Below are positions 50,721-60,380 of a stretch of 64,000 nt of DNA, piece after piece; position 1 is the first letter of the stretch; every line of letters begins with the position of its first letter. The position numbers and the translations under genes were made by a program. The stretch comes from Bacteroidetes bacterium ADurb.Bin217. GTDB taxonomy: Bacteria > Bacteroidota > Bacteroidia > Bacteroidales > UBA1715. The DNA lies in the NCBI GenBank assembly GCA_002069975.1, contig MWCJ01000005.1, forward strand, positions 2,497 through 66,496, written 5' to 3'. The notes beneath the pieces are model-generated. The model was given only the letters and a program-made list of their open reading frames with translations. It was not told where the DNA came from and searched no databases.

Positions 50721-50765
50721 AAATGAATAATTTTTGTATACACAAATGAATAACTTATTGTATTT
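50721..50765 (+). repeat. About 21-bp direct repeat (2 copies, 23-bp period) upstream of the CE4-GH8 gene
   Basis: AAATGAATAATTTTTGTAT at about 50721 and AAATGAATAACTTATTGTAT at about 50744. The first 10 nt are identical and the rest is about 90 percent identical with one indel. Confidence 0.35.
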
Positions 50766-50815
50766 TTAACACTTGGATTAACACAGGAATTACTATTTTT
50801 AAAATATAAATAATT

Positions 50816-53800
50816 ATGAAAAAGATATTTTCTTTACTCATTGTACTGCTCCCGTTAGGTTTACTAGGACAAATAGCAACAGGATACCAAGTAGGCACGT
50901 GGTATGGATTTAAAAAAGTTGCCATTACTTATTCGTTCGACGACAATACCAGCAACCAAATACCGGTAGCGGTTCCCTTGTTAAATAAATATAACTTTAA
51001 AGCTACGTTTAACCCTGTTGTAAATTGGGTTGGCGGCAGCTGGAGTGGTTGGCAAACATTGGCAACGGCAGGGCACGAAATTGCATCGCACACGGTATCT
51101 CATGCTACCTTGCCCAATATTTCGGTTTCGGAACAAGATACAGAATGTAAAAATTCACAATCAACTATTCGCACCAGTACAGGTTCTGAATGTGTTACCA
51201 TATCATATCCCAACTGTAATGTAGGCGACAAAACTACATTGGCAAAATATTTTATAGCAGGACGAACCTGCGACGGGCAAACTGCTTCGAACAATCCTTC
51301 TGATTTTTTTACCATAGGTTCAATTATCTGTGGTTCGCAAGGGGCTATGAAGACTGCATCGGATTTTAATACTCGCATTTCAAATGCTGTTGCATCGCAG
51401 GGTTGGTGTGTATTCCTAATCCATGGGGTTGATAATGATGGTGGATATTCACCTTTAACATCTACCGAATTTGATTCACACTTGGGATATGTAAACACCA
51501 ATGCTTCGACTTACTGGGTAGCTCCGTTTGTTACCGTTGCCAAATATATAAAAGAACGAAATGCACTTGCTCTTACTGAAACAGCAATTACTACAGATTC
51601 ATTACGTGTGGTTGCTACACATAATCTTACAAGCACTATTACAACATATAATACTCCACTTACCGTTCGTCGCGAACTACCAAGTGGCTGGACCGGAGCA
51701 AACGTGTACAAAAATTCCACAAAAATTACCTCAACTATAGTTACCGATGCCGGAAAAACATACGTAATGTTTGACGTAGTACCCAACGATGGCACCATGT
51801 TTATAGCAAAAACTTCGTCAACCGGAGGAGGAGGTGGCACTACAACCTTTACCGAATTATTAACCAACGGCGAAATGGATTCGGGCACTACCGGTTGGAC
51901 CGCACAGAATAACAATAGTGCACAAAGTACTTTATCGGCAGTAACCAATGCAAATTTGTCGGGTACCAATGCTATACAAATTTGTCCAAATGCAAGCAAT
52001 TTCGGAACAGCCGACTGGCATATTCAAGTATATCAAAATGTTACATTAGAAACAAACAAAGAATATACATTCTCATTTATGGCAAAAGCTGCTTCGGCTC
52101 GTACCATAACGGTAATGTTTCAACAATTGGCTGCCGACTATGCCGTATACAAAACATTTACCTACAACCTTACCACTACCGCACAAACATTTACCGAAAC
52201 ATTTACGCTTACCGGCACAGTAGATCCTGCATCTAAAATTTCTTTTTGTATAGGGAACAATGCGGCATGCGTAAGTATCGACAAGGTTTCGTTTGGATAT
52301 GGAACTACAGGCGTGGATCCTGTTGACCCTACTGACCCTCCTGTTGGTAACGGACAAGGGGCGTATTATACCGATGTATATACCAATTTATTTAAAGAGG
52401 TATTAAACAAAACCGATGCTGAAGTTACTACAAAGTTAAATGCTGCTTTTCAACATTTTTTTTATGGAACTACAAATCAAAAATTGTATTACGAAGTTGG
52501 AACAGACATGGCTTATATACTTGACGTAGCAAACAATGATGTGCGTTCCGAAGGAATGTCATATGGTTTGATGATATGTGTGCAGCTTAATAAACAGGCA
52601 GAATTCAATAAATTATGGAAATGGACTAAAACTTATATGCAACATACTTCCGGTACATTAGATGGATTTTTTAGATGGCAATTAAATACAAATGGAACTG
52701 CGATTGATAATAATCCCGCTCCTGATGGCGAAGCATATTTTATTACAGCATTATTTTTTGCAGCTCACAGGTGGGGCAATGGTACCGGAATATATAACTA
52801 TGAAGCTGAGGCTCAATCGGCAATTCAAAAGGTACAAACAGGAACCGGAGGAGTAGATTTATTGTTTAATACAAATTCAAAATTAATTACATTTGGACCA
52901 AATGGCGATTCATACACGTTCACTGACCCTTCGTACAATTTACCGGGATTTTTTGAATTATGGGCAAAATGGAGTACGAGCAATACCACATTTTGGGCAC
53001 AAACACCAGAAGCTTCTCGAAAATTATTACGCGACGCCTCACATCCAACATCTGGATTATCTACTGATTATTCTAATTTCGATGGCACGCCGAAAGAAGT
53101 ATCATATAATACTAATTCAGACAGGTTTATGTATGATGCATGGAGAACTGTTATGAATATAGGAATGGATTATCATTGGTTTAGATCAGATTCAACAAAC
53201 CAACGAGCTATTATTACTCGATATTTAACATTCTTTAAAAATCAAGGTACAAGTTACAAAAATCATTATGATTGGAATGGGGCAAATGCGGGAGGTGACC
53301 ATTCTACCGGATTAGTTGCGTGTAATGCTGCAGCTTGTATTGCAGTAAATGACAATACGTTACGCACGCCATTTCTAAATGAATTTTGGAATATTGCATT
53401 ACCAACAGGTACTTACAGATATTATGATGGAATGTTATATATGCTTGCATTTTTGAATTGTTCGGGAAATTTTAAGATTTGGAAACCTACACCTACATGT
53501 ACTACTCCGGCAGCACCAACCGTTACCACACCCGTAACGTATTGCCAAGGAGCTACTGCAACAGCTCTTACCGCTACCGGAACAGCACTCAAATGGTACA
53601 CCGTAGCAAGTGGAGGAACTGCAAGCACTACCGCACCTATTCCAAGTACTGCATCTGTAGGAAATACCACATACTACGTGAGTCAATCAGATTCAGAATG
53701 CGAAAGTACACGTGCAAGTATTGTAGTTACCATAACAGCATTGCCAACGGAACCAACTGTTACTTCACCTGTAACCTATAATCAAGGAGCTACTGCTACA

Positions 53801-54475
53801 GCACTTACTGCTACCGGAACATCATTAACATGGTATACAACCTCAACAGGTGGAACAGGAAGTACTTCGGCTCCAATACCAAGCACCTCAAATATTGGGA
53901 CAACAAATTATTATGTTAGTCAAACAATATCAAGCTGCGAGAGTCCACGAGCGAATATTCAGGTAATAATTATTCAATCTGAAATTACCCAAACTATTCA
54001 ATTGGAACAAGGTTGGAATTTAATTTCTATCAATGTACAACCAACTACCTCAACATGTGTTGATGGCGTGGGCAATTCAGTACATTGTATTTCGTCGGTA
54101 GTTGGAACTTCGCCTATACACATGATAAAAAATGCAAATGGATTTTGGAAACAAGGACAACCAGACGCTTTGCAATCGCTCCAATATATAGAACCAGGCA
54201 AAGGATACTTGATGTATGCGAATACAGCTGGAAGCATTACGATTTCGGGCATACCGTGTACGGGAGGAATACAATACGCCCCCACAACAGGTTGGCAATT
54301 AATTGGATATCCATGCACGGGCGCATCAATAGTAGCCCCAATGCCAATATCTAATTATTTTGATGCAACAAATTGCCTAATTATCAAAAATTTTACAGGA
54401 TTTTGGGAACCAAATGGTACACTTAATTCAATTCAAAATTTTGAACCCGGTAAAGCATATTTCTATAAAAATTAA
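50816..54475 (+). CDS. Secreted multidomain xylan-active enzyme: CE4 polysaccharide deacetylase, CBM-like module, GH8 glycoside hydrolase, two Ig-like repeats and an unassigned C-terminal region
   Basis: Signal peptide. NodB/CE4 motifs (YSFDDN, HTVSH). Gly/Thr linker (SSTGGGGGTTT). A CBM4/9/22-like block (NGEMDSGTTGW...). A GH8 core (NDVRSEGMSYGLMICVQ, YDAWR). Two roughly 78-aa repeats (VTYxQGATATALTATGTxLxWYT...YYVSQ...CES.RA). A final roughly 165 aa with no recognised family. Confidence 0.8.
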   Translation: MKKIFSLLIVLLPLGLLGQIATGYQVGTWYGFKKVAITYSFDDNTSNQIPVAVPLLNKYNFKATFNPVVNWVGGSWSGWQTLATAGHEIASHTVSHATLPNISVSEQDTECKNSQSTIRTSTGSECVTISYPNCNVGDKTTLAKYFIAGRTCDGQTASNNPSDFFTIGSIICGSQGAMKTASDFNTRISNAVASQGWCVFLIHGVDNDGGYSPLTSTEFDSHLGYVNTNASTYWVAPFVTVAKYIKERNALALTETAITTDSLRVVATHNLTSTITTYNTPLTVRRELPSGWTGANVYKNSTKITSTIVTDAGKTYVMFDVVPNDGTMFIAKTSSTGGGGGTTTFTELLTNGEMDSGTTGWTAQNNNSAQSTLSAVTNANLSGTNAIQICPNASNFGTADWHIQVYQNVTLETNKEYTFSFMAKAASARTITVMFQQLAADYAVYKTFTYNLTTTAQTFTETFTLTGTVDPASKISFCIGNNAACVSIDKVSFGYGTTGVDPVDPTDPPVGNGQGAYYTDVYTNLFKEVLNKTDAEVTTKLNAAFQHFFYGTTNQKLYYEVGTDMAYILDVANNDVRSEGMSYGLMICVQLNKQAEFNKLWKWTKTYMQHTSGTLDGFFRWQLNTNGTAIDNNPAPDGEAYFITALFFAAHRWGNGTGIYNYEAEAQSAIQKVQTGTGGVDLLFNTNSKLITFGPNGDSYTFTDPSYNLPGFFELWAKWSTSNTTFWAQTPEASRKLLRDASHPTSGLSTDYSNFDGTPKEVSYNTNSDRFMYDAWRTVMNIGMDYHWFRSDSTNQRAIITRYLTFFKNQGTSYKNHYDWNGANAGGDHSTGLVACNAAACIAVNDNTLRTPFLNEFWNIALPTGTYRYYDGMLYMLAFLNCSGNFKIWKPTPTCTTPAAPTVTTPVTYCQGATATALTATGTALKWYTVASGGTASTTAPIPSTASVGNTTYYVSQSDSECESTRASIVVTITALPTEPTVTSPVTYNQGATATALTATGTSLTWYTTSTGGTGSTSAPIPSTSNIGTTNYYVSQTISSCESPRANIQVIIIQSEITQTIQLEQGWNLISINVQPTTSTCVDGVGNSVHCISSVVGTSPIHMIKNANGFWKQGQPDALQSLQYIEPGKGYLMYANTAGSITISGIPCTGGIQYAPTTGWQLIGYPCTGASIVAPMPISNYFDATNCLIIKNFTGFWEPNGTLNSIQNFEPGKAYFYKN
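53504..53973 (+). repeat. Tandem duplication (2 x about 235 bp) encoding Ig-like Cys-containing modules inside the CE4-GH8 gene
   Basis: Copy 1 at about 53504..53740 and copy 2 at about 53741..53973 share long identical stretches (for example CAAGGAGCTACTGC.ACAGC.CTTAC.GCTACCGGAAC). Confidence 0.8.
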
Positions 54476-54505
54476 TTCTTCATTTTATAAAAAATTGTTG
54501 TTACA

Positions 54506-54541
54506 AGTTGCTTGAATATTGATTTCAAGCAACTTTTTTTA
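54506..54541 (+). terminator. Rho-independent terminator of the CE4-GH8 gene
   Basis: AGTTGCTTGAA, a 7-nt loop, TTCAAGCAACT (11-bp stem), followed by T7. Confidence 0.85.
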
Positions 54542-54645
54542 TGTCTATTATTTCCCTTAAAATGACTTAACATAAATTTAACATTTGTTTATAGTGCCAT
54601 TATAAAAAAAAAGTACCTTTACAAAGAGATTAAATTAAGAATTCT

Positions 54646-55707
54646 ATGCAAACACTTTCACACAAAACAATAGCATTATTAGTATCGGGTATTGCATCGG
54701 TAATTGCCGTTTCGGGAATTATTGTTTCCGGCTATATTATTTCGCAAAACAATATAATTCCGTATGCCATATTTATAGGACTTACATTATTTGCCGTTGT
54801 ATATATAATTACATTTTATATTACCAAAGAATACATAATTCAAAAAGTAAAACCTATATACAAAACAATACATTCTGCACAAACATCAACACTCAAAAAA
54901 ATTGCTGAAAATGAACACGAAGAATCAAATATAATAGCAACAACAGAAAAAGAAGTAGCAGAGTGGGCAAAACGAAAAATTATTGAAATTGAAGAATTAA
55001 AACGTCTTGAAAAATACCGTAAAGAATATATTGGAAATGTATCGCACGAATTAAAAACACCTATTTTTAGTATTCAAGGGTATATTTCTACTTTATTAGA
55101 TGGTGGATTATATGATGAATCAATAAACAAAACATACTTAGAAAAAGCTGACAAAGCTATCCAAAGAATGACATCTATAGTACGTGATTTAGATTCTATA
55201 ACACGTTTAGAAGCAGGAGAACTTAAATTAGAATATGGTCAATTCAATATTATTCAATTAGTAAAAGAAGTATTTGAAGCACAAGAATTATTGGCAAAAG
55301 AAAGAAAAGTTCAAATGTATATTGATATGGGAGTTGAAAAACCTATTCAAGTACATGCCGACAAAAAACGTATACAAATGGCATTAAATAATTTAGTAAT
55401 TAATGCAATAAAATATAATAATCCCGAAGGTGGAAAAATTCGAGTGCGATTTTACGATATGGACAATTTACTTTTAGTAGAAGTATCCGATACCGGTATT
55501 GGCATAGAACAAGAACATTTGAGTAGGATTTTTGAACGGTTTTATCGGGTAGACAAAAGCCGTTCGAGAGAACAAGGTGGTACGGGGTTAGGATTGTCAA
55601 TAGTGAAACATATTATTGAAGCTCATGGTCAAACAATTAGCGTAAAAAGCACAATTAATAAAGGAACATCGTTTACTTTTACAATAGAAAAAGCTATATT
55701 GCAATAA
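54646..55707 (+). CDS. Two-component sensor histidine kinase (membrane-bound, PhoR/EnvZ-like)
   Basis: Two N-terminal TM segments, the H-box SHELKTPI, N-box NLVINAIKYN, and G-boxes DTGIGI and GGTGLGLSIV. Confidence 0.87.
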   Translation: MQTLSHKTIALLVSGIASVIAVSGIIVSGYIISQNNIIPYAIFIGLTLFAVVYIITFYITKEYIIQKVKPIYKTIHSAQTSTLKKIAENEHEESNIIATTEKEVAEWAKRKIIEIEELKRLEKYRKEYIGNVSHELKTPIFSIQGYISTLLDGGLYDESINKTYLEKADKAIQRMTSIVRDLDSITRLEAGELKLEYGQFNIIQLVKEVFEAQELLAKERKVQMYIDMGVEKPIQVHADKKRIQMALNNLVINAIKYNNPEGGKIRVRFYDMDNLLLVEVSDTGIGIEQEHLSRIFERFYRVDKSRSREQGGTGLGLSIVKHIIEAHGQTISVKSTINKGTSFTFTIEKAILQ

Positions 55708-55718
55708 ATTTTGTGTAT

Positions 55719-56417
55719 ATGGATACATCGGGAGTTAAAATCCTCATAGTAGATGATGAGGAAGATATATTAGAAATATTGCAATACAATTTAACAAAAG
55801 CCGGTTACATAGTATATACTGCTTCAGATGGCAGAGAAGCCATTAAAAAAGCTAAAAAAGTACTTCCCGATATTATTTTACTCGATGTTATGATGCCTCA
55901 TATAGATGGTATTCAAGCATGTGAAGATATCCGCCAAATACCCGAACTCGAACATTGCATTATTGCTTTTTTAACCGCTCGTGGTGAAGATTATTCAGAA
56001 ATTGCAGGCTTACAAGCCGGAGCCGACGATTATATAACTAAACCTATACGACCTAAAGTACTTATAGCTCGGTTACACACATTATTAAAACGTCGTCAAA
56101 TTCATAGTCAAACAAATACTTCTTCAAAAACCATAGAATTTGATTCAATTCGTATTGACGAAGAAAAACATATGGTGTATTTTAAAGATAGAGAATTAAA
56201 TTTACCTAATAAAGAGTTTAAACTTTTATTATTACTTGCAACAAAACCCGAAAGAGTTTTTACTCGCGACGAGATATATACAAATGTTTGGGGTACCGAT
56301 ATTGTAGTAGGCGACAGAACAATAGATGTTCATATACGGAAACTTCGCGAAAAATTAGATGAAGAATACATTGATACAATAAAAGGTATCGGTTATACCT
56401 TTATAAAACGTCAGTAA
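55719..56417 (+). CDS. OmpR/PhoB-family response regulator
   Basis: Receiver domain (ILIVDDEEDI, phospho-acceptor context LLDVMMP) and a winged-helix output domain (RVFTRDEIY...TIDVHIRKLREKL..GIGYTF). ATG at 55719. Confidence 0.88.
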   Translation: MDTSGVKILIVDDEEDILEILQYNLTKAGYIVYTASDGREAIKKAKKVLPDIILLDVMMPHIDGIQACEDIRQIPELEHCIIAFLTARGEDYSEIAGLQAGADDYITKPIRPKVLIARLHTLLKRRQIHSQTNTSSKTIEFDSIRIDEEKHMVYFKDRELNLPNKEFKLLLLLATKPERVFTRDEIYTNVWGTDIVVGDRTIDVHIRKLREKLDEEYIDTIKGIGYTFIKRQ

Positions 56418-56427
56418 AACTATTCTA

Positions 56428-57891
56428 CTACCACGTCTGATACAAACGTTTTTTCCGTTTAAGCTCCAATTCTTGCTTACGTTTTGTAATTAAAATATTA
56501 GCAAATTTTTCTTGAAAATTATCCATTGGTGTAGGAGCATCGTGCAATTCTATTTTACCTTGCTTATCTACAAGCACATACGATGGTGTGGTCTTAAATT
56601 TATAATAATCTTTTATCTCGGGATGGTCGCCTGCATACAAAAACACCCATTTATATTGCGGATTTTTTCGTTTAAAATTTCTAAATGTTTCAAAATCTTT
56701 CTCGTAACACAATGTTACTATTTGTAATTCTCTTTTTGTTTTTTCATTCATTTTTTGCATGATTTTATAATCTTGAATACATGCATAGTTTTCGGAACGA
56801 CAAAAATTGAGATACACATATTTTCCGGCAAACTGACTTAAACTATATGCAATACTATCTTGATTATATAATACAAAATCTGGAGCAATATCACCCTGTG
56901 CCAAAATAGTTCGTTTTTTCTTTATATTTTGAGCTATTAAAGCATGTTCTGGAACACGCGTCATAAGTATAAGTGAATCTAATGTTTGTAAAACCGGTGC
57001 ACGAGGAAATGTTTCAGAATCTTTAAAACAATCATCTAAACATTGGAGAAGAAATAATTCTTTTAGCGTGTCGTTTCTAAATGGCATGTATTTTTCCATT
57101 GCTTCTTTAAACATAGTTGGACTTTTACCATAAATTATAGACACTTTAATTTCTTTACCCATATCCTTCATATGATTATACACAATATAATTTTTCCACA
57201 TATTTTGGAAAAAATTTATATAAGCCGGATTATAATAATAAAAAGGTTTATCTAAAAAATGTCGTCGTGTCATTGCCATTCTATCACGCTGATACGCCAT
57301 AAAACGAAGATTGTATAATTGATAATTTTTATACGTATTAAAAAAAGTATCTATTTCGTGAGCATCAAATGCACTGTCTATCTGATTTTCGAGTACATCA
57401 ACAATTCGTTTGTCGCGAAGTGCATAAATATACTGAAAATTCATATTTACAAATGACTCGTAAATTGCATTAAATGAGAGAATTAACAAATTTATTTCGT
57501 GCGGGTCGACATTATTCTTAACCCCAAAACTTAAATCTTGCGGAACAAAATACGGGTCTAATTCCTCAACAAGCGTTTTTTCTTCGAATGGTGGCATTGC
57601 TAACTCATATGCCATACCGGGCTCTACAAACAAAAATACTTTATACATTCCCAAGTACATAAATATTTCTTGTGTCGTTTTTAGAGGAAATGAAAATGTG
57701 AAACAACCTGTTGAATCAACACTAAATGACCCAACTTTCTCTTCAATTTTTGTAAAATAATCAGAGTATTTATAAACATCTATTCGTTTGTTTGCATATT
57801 CAATATCACAGGCATAAATAGTTGTAGTATCTTGTGCTAACGAAAAGCTTGACAATAACACATTCAATAAAACAAATACAATAAATTTCAT
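56428..57891 (-). CDS. Secreted thioredoxin-fold (TlpA/redoxin-like) protein with a large N-terminal domain
   Basis: Signal peptide and a C-terminal thioredoxin-like segment (APDFVLYNQD...GKYVYLNFCRSENYAC...PSYVLVDKQGKI). The usual WCxxC is replaced by CxxxxxC. Confidence 0.55.
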   Translation of the reverse strand: MKFIVFVLLNVLLSSFSLAQDTTTIYACDIEYANKRIDVYKYSDYFTKIEEKVGSFSVDSTGCFTFSFPLKTTQEIFMYLGMYKVFLFVEPGMAYELAMPPFEEKTLVEELDPYFVPQDLSFGVKNNVDPHEINLLILSFNAIYESFVNMNFQYIYALRDKRIVDVLENQIDSAFDAHEIDTFFNTYKNYQLYNLRFMAYQRDRMAMTRRHFLDKPFYYYNPAYINFFQNMWKNYIVYNHMKDMGKEIKVSIIYGKSPTMFKEAMEKYMPFRNDTLKELFLLQCLDDCFKDSETFPRAPVLQTLDSLILMTRVPEHALIAQNIKKKRTILAQGDIAPDFVLYNQDSIAYSLSQFAGKYVYLNFCRSENYACIQDYKIMQKMNEKTKRELQIVTLCYEKDFETFRNFKRKNPQYKWVFLYAGDHPEIKDYYKFKTTPSYVLVDKQGKIELHDAPTPMDNFQEKFANILITKRKQELELKRKKRLYQTW

Positions 57892-57897
57892 AAATTT

Positions 57898-58362
57898 TTA
57901 TTCGATTTTACCCGGAATATAATTTGATATATCGGCACCATAACGAATAAGTTCGCGAACTATTGTTGACGAAACATGACCATATTCGGGAGGTGTAACC
58001 AAAAATACAGTTTCAATATGTGGTGATAATTGACGATTCATTTGAGCTATTGATTTTTCAAATTGAAAATCGGTAGTATTGCGTAACCCACGCAAAATAA
58101 ACATTGCTTGCTTTTGCTTACAAAATTCAATGGTTAACGACGTATATGTTTCTACCTCTACCTTTGAATTATTGGCATATATTTCTTTAATATGAGAAAT
58201 TCGTTTCTCAATAGGAAAAAAATCGCGTTTTTCAGAATTTATACCTATAGCAACTATTACTGTGTCAAATAATGGTAATGCCATATCTAAAATTGCTTTA
58301 TGACCTATAGTAAAAGGGTCGAAACTCCCAGGAAATACAGCTACCCGTTTTGTATGCTCCAT
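57898..58362 (-). CDS. coaD: Phosphopantetheine adenylyltransferase
   Basis: VFPGSFDPFTIGH, plus ISSTIVRE-like SSTIVREL. ATG at 58362 fits the family N-terminus. Confidence 0.9.
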   Translation of the reverse strand: MEHTKRVAVFPGSFDPFTIGHKAILDMALPLFDTVIVAIGINSEKRDFFPIEKRISHIKEIYANNSKVEVETYTSLTIEFCKQKQAMFILRGLRNTTDFQFEKSIAQMNRQLSPHIETVFLVTPPEYGHVSSTIVRELIRYGADISNYIPGKIE

Positions 58363-58607
58363 AACAAACATATTTAGTATGTACTGCAAAAATATGCTTT
58401 TTTTATTTAAAAAACAGGTAGCTTAGTTTTTATCATAATTATCTCTGAATTTTACAGTATCTAAAAAATAAAAATAATAGACGAGAAATTTAATAATTCC
58501 AAGGTTTTGGCTACAAAAGAATATGATAATAAAATTCAAAAAATATTATACACACCAAAGCTTACCGAATTCATATAATTACCATTTGTTACTTGTGAAA
58601 CTTTTTA

Positions 58608-58615
58608 TACCTTTG
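58608..58615 (+). promoter_or_regulatory. Bacteroidota -7 promoter box
   Basis: TACCTTTG lies about 23 nt upstream of the prfA ATG. Confidence 0.4.
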
Positions 58616-58637
58616 CCGCAGAAAAATTTTCAAACAA

Positions 58638-59723
58638 ATGGCAGAACGTTCTTTATTAGAAAAACTTGAAACTCTAAAACTAAAATTTGAAGAGGTTGAA
58701 CAACAAATAACCGACCCGGCAATAATTGCCGATCAAAAACGGTTTATTCAACTTAATAAAGAATATAAAGAACTGCAAGGACTTGTAGAAGTATACAAAA
58801 CATATAAAAATACCATAGACAATATAGATTCTGCAAAACAAATTCTCGACGAAGAAGATGATGCCGAACTTAAAGATATGGCAAAAATGGAACTTGACCA
58901 ATTACAAGATTCGTTACCTAGATTAGAAGAAGAAATTAAATTACTATTAATTCCTAAAGATCCTCAAGACGAAAAAAATGCAATACTCGAAATACGAGCT
59001 GGTACCGGTGGCGACGAAGCTTCGCTATTTGCCGGAGAATTGTATAGAATGTATGCAAAATATTGCGAGAAAAAAGGCTGGCGTATTTCAATGACAAGCT
59101 GTAGCGAAGGAACACAAGGAGGTTATAAAGAAATAATTTGTAGTGTTAATGGCGAAGGGGTTTATGGTGTATTAAAATACGAATCGGGAGTTCATCGTGT
59201 GCAACGTGTGCCACAAACCGAAACACAAGGTCGTGTTCATACAAGTGCTGCCACAGTTGCAGTTTTACCCGAAGCCGATGAGTTTGATGTGGAATTAAAT
59301 ATGAACGATGTACGAAAAGATACATATTGTTCATCGGGACCGGGTGGACAATCAGTAAATACTACCTATTCGGCTATTCGGCTTACTCATATTCCTACCG
59401 GATTAGTTGTTACCTGTCAGGACGAAAAATCTCAACTAAAAAACTTAGATAAAGCTATTATTGAACTTCGTACTCGATTATATAATATGGAATACGAAAA
59501 ATATATGAACGAAATAGCATCGCAACGAAAAACATTAGTTTCGACCGGCGACCGTTCTGCAAAAATTAGAACATACAATTATCCTCAAGGTCGCGTTACC
59601 GATCATAGAATAAATCTTACGCTTTATAATTTACCTGCAATTATTGATGGCGATATTCAAGAAATAATAGACTCATTAATTGTTGAAGAAAACGCTGAAC
59701 GCTTAAAAGCAAGTGAGAATTAA
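58638..59723 (+). CDS. prfA: Peptide chain release factor 1
   Basis: GGQ motif (SGPGGQSVN), RF1-type PxT tripeptide context ([14 protein letters not shown]), and no frameshift site. Confidence 0.93.
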   Translation: MAERSLLEKLETLKLKFEEVEQQITDPAIIADQKRFIQLNKEYKELQGLVEVYKTYKNTIDNIDSAKQILDEEDDAELKDMAKMELDQLQDSLPRLEEEIKLLLIPKDPQDEKNAILEIRAGTGGDEASLFAGELYRMYAKYCEKKGWRISMTSCSEGTQGGYKEIICSVNGEGVYGVLKYESGVHRVQRVPQTETQGRVHTSAATVAVLPEADEFDVELNMNDVRKDTYCSSGPGGQSVNTTYSAIRLTHIPTGLVVTCQDEKSQLKNLDKAIIELRTRLYNMEYEKYMNEIASQRKTLVSTGDRSAKIRTYNYPQGRVTDHRINLTLYNLPAIIDGDIQEIIDSLIVEENAERLKASEN

Positions 59724-60302
59724 TTCCACTAATTCAAAAAGTTCCATAGGTAATTAGTTTTCTTAATGATATATTTCATAGAGTATTACTCTATGATATT
59801 ATTGTAAACCTTAAATTACACAATAGAAATTACTTTCAACCAAATCATTCAATAATTTTATTTGTTTAGATAAGATAATCAAACATTTACCTGATTTTTA
59901 CTTTTTGTTAATTGCACAACTCACTGTTAATTTAGTATTTACAGATTTGTACATATTCGAGTATTTGATTTACAATTCATTAACAAAATTAATAACTTGT
60001 TAATAATACCTATTTTTTTGTGTATAGATTTACGATAGAATTCGACTAAAAAATTTGGTGGTTTCAATTGTTGTTTGCATTAGATTTTTTTTCGTACCAT
60101 ACAAATATAGTTTTCATTTTTCTTTAGAATTTGTTAACATATAAATTCACAGTTAGTATTGTGTAAAATTACCAACATTGTAGTGTTTATAATTCATTCC
60201 TACGTTTGTTAATAAATTGTAAAACTCATTCATTCTAACTATTTTATATTTTTATAGCATGTTTATAACATATTAGCAAACTGTTTTTATAATAAAAACA
60301 AT

Positions 60303-60310
60303 ACTTTTGT
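60303..60310 (+). promoter_or_regulatory. Bacteroidota -7 promoter box (candidate nadA promoter)
   Basis: TACTTTTG lies about 70 nt upstream of the nadA start. Confidence 0.3.
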
Positions 60311-60380
60311 AAAAAAAATATGAACCTATTCACAGCACATCATTACTATCATATTTTTTTTATTTAAATTAATATTTATT

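Noticed and set aside
51030-54354. A dozen 60-160-codon ORFs in alternative frames inside the CE4-GH8 gene, for example 51100..51501, 51511..51999, 53422..53781 and 53998..54318.
   Set aside because: They lie within a 1219-codon ORF with clear domain motifs. Those in 53.4-53.8 kb are artefacts of the T/A/S/G-rich tandem repeat.
59729-59797. Weak AT-only hairpins after prfA (ACTAATT/AATTAGT and CATAGAGT/ACTCTATG) as a confident terminator call.
   Set aside because: The stems are short and AT-rich with poor T tracts. They are not strong enough to list as features.
59724-60380. The long AT-rich spacer as a replication origin.
   Set aside because: I found no DnaA boxes (TTATCCACA or close variants), and no dnaA or dnaN lies nearby.
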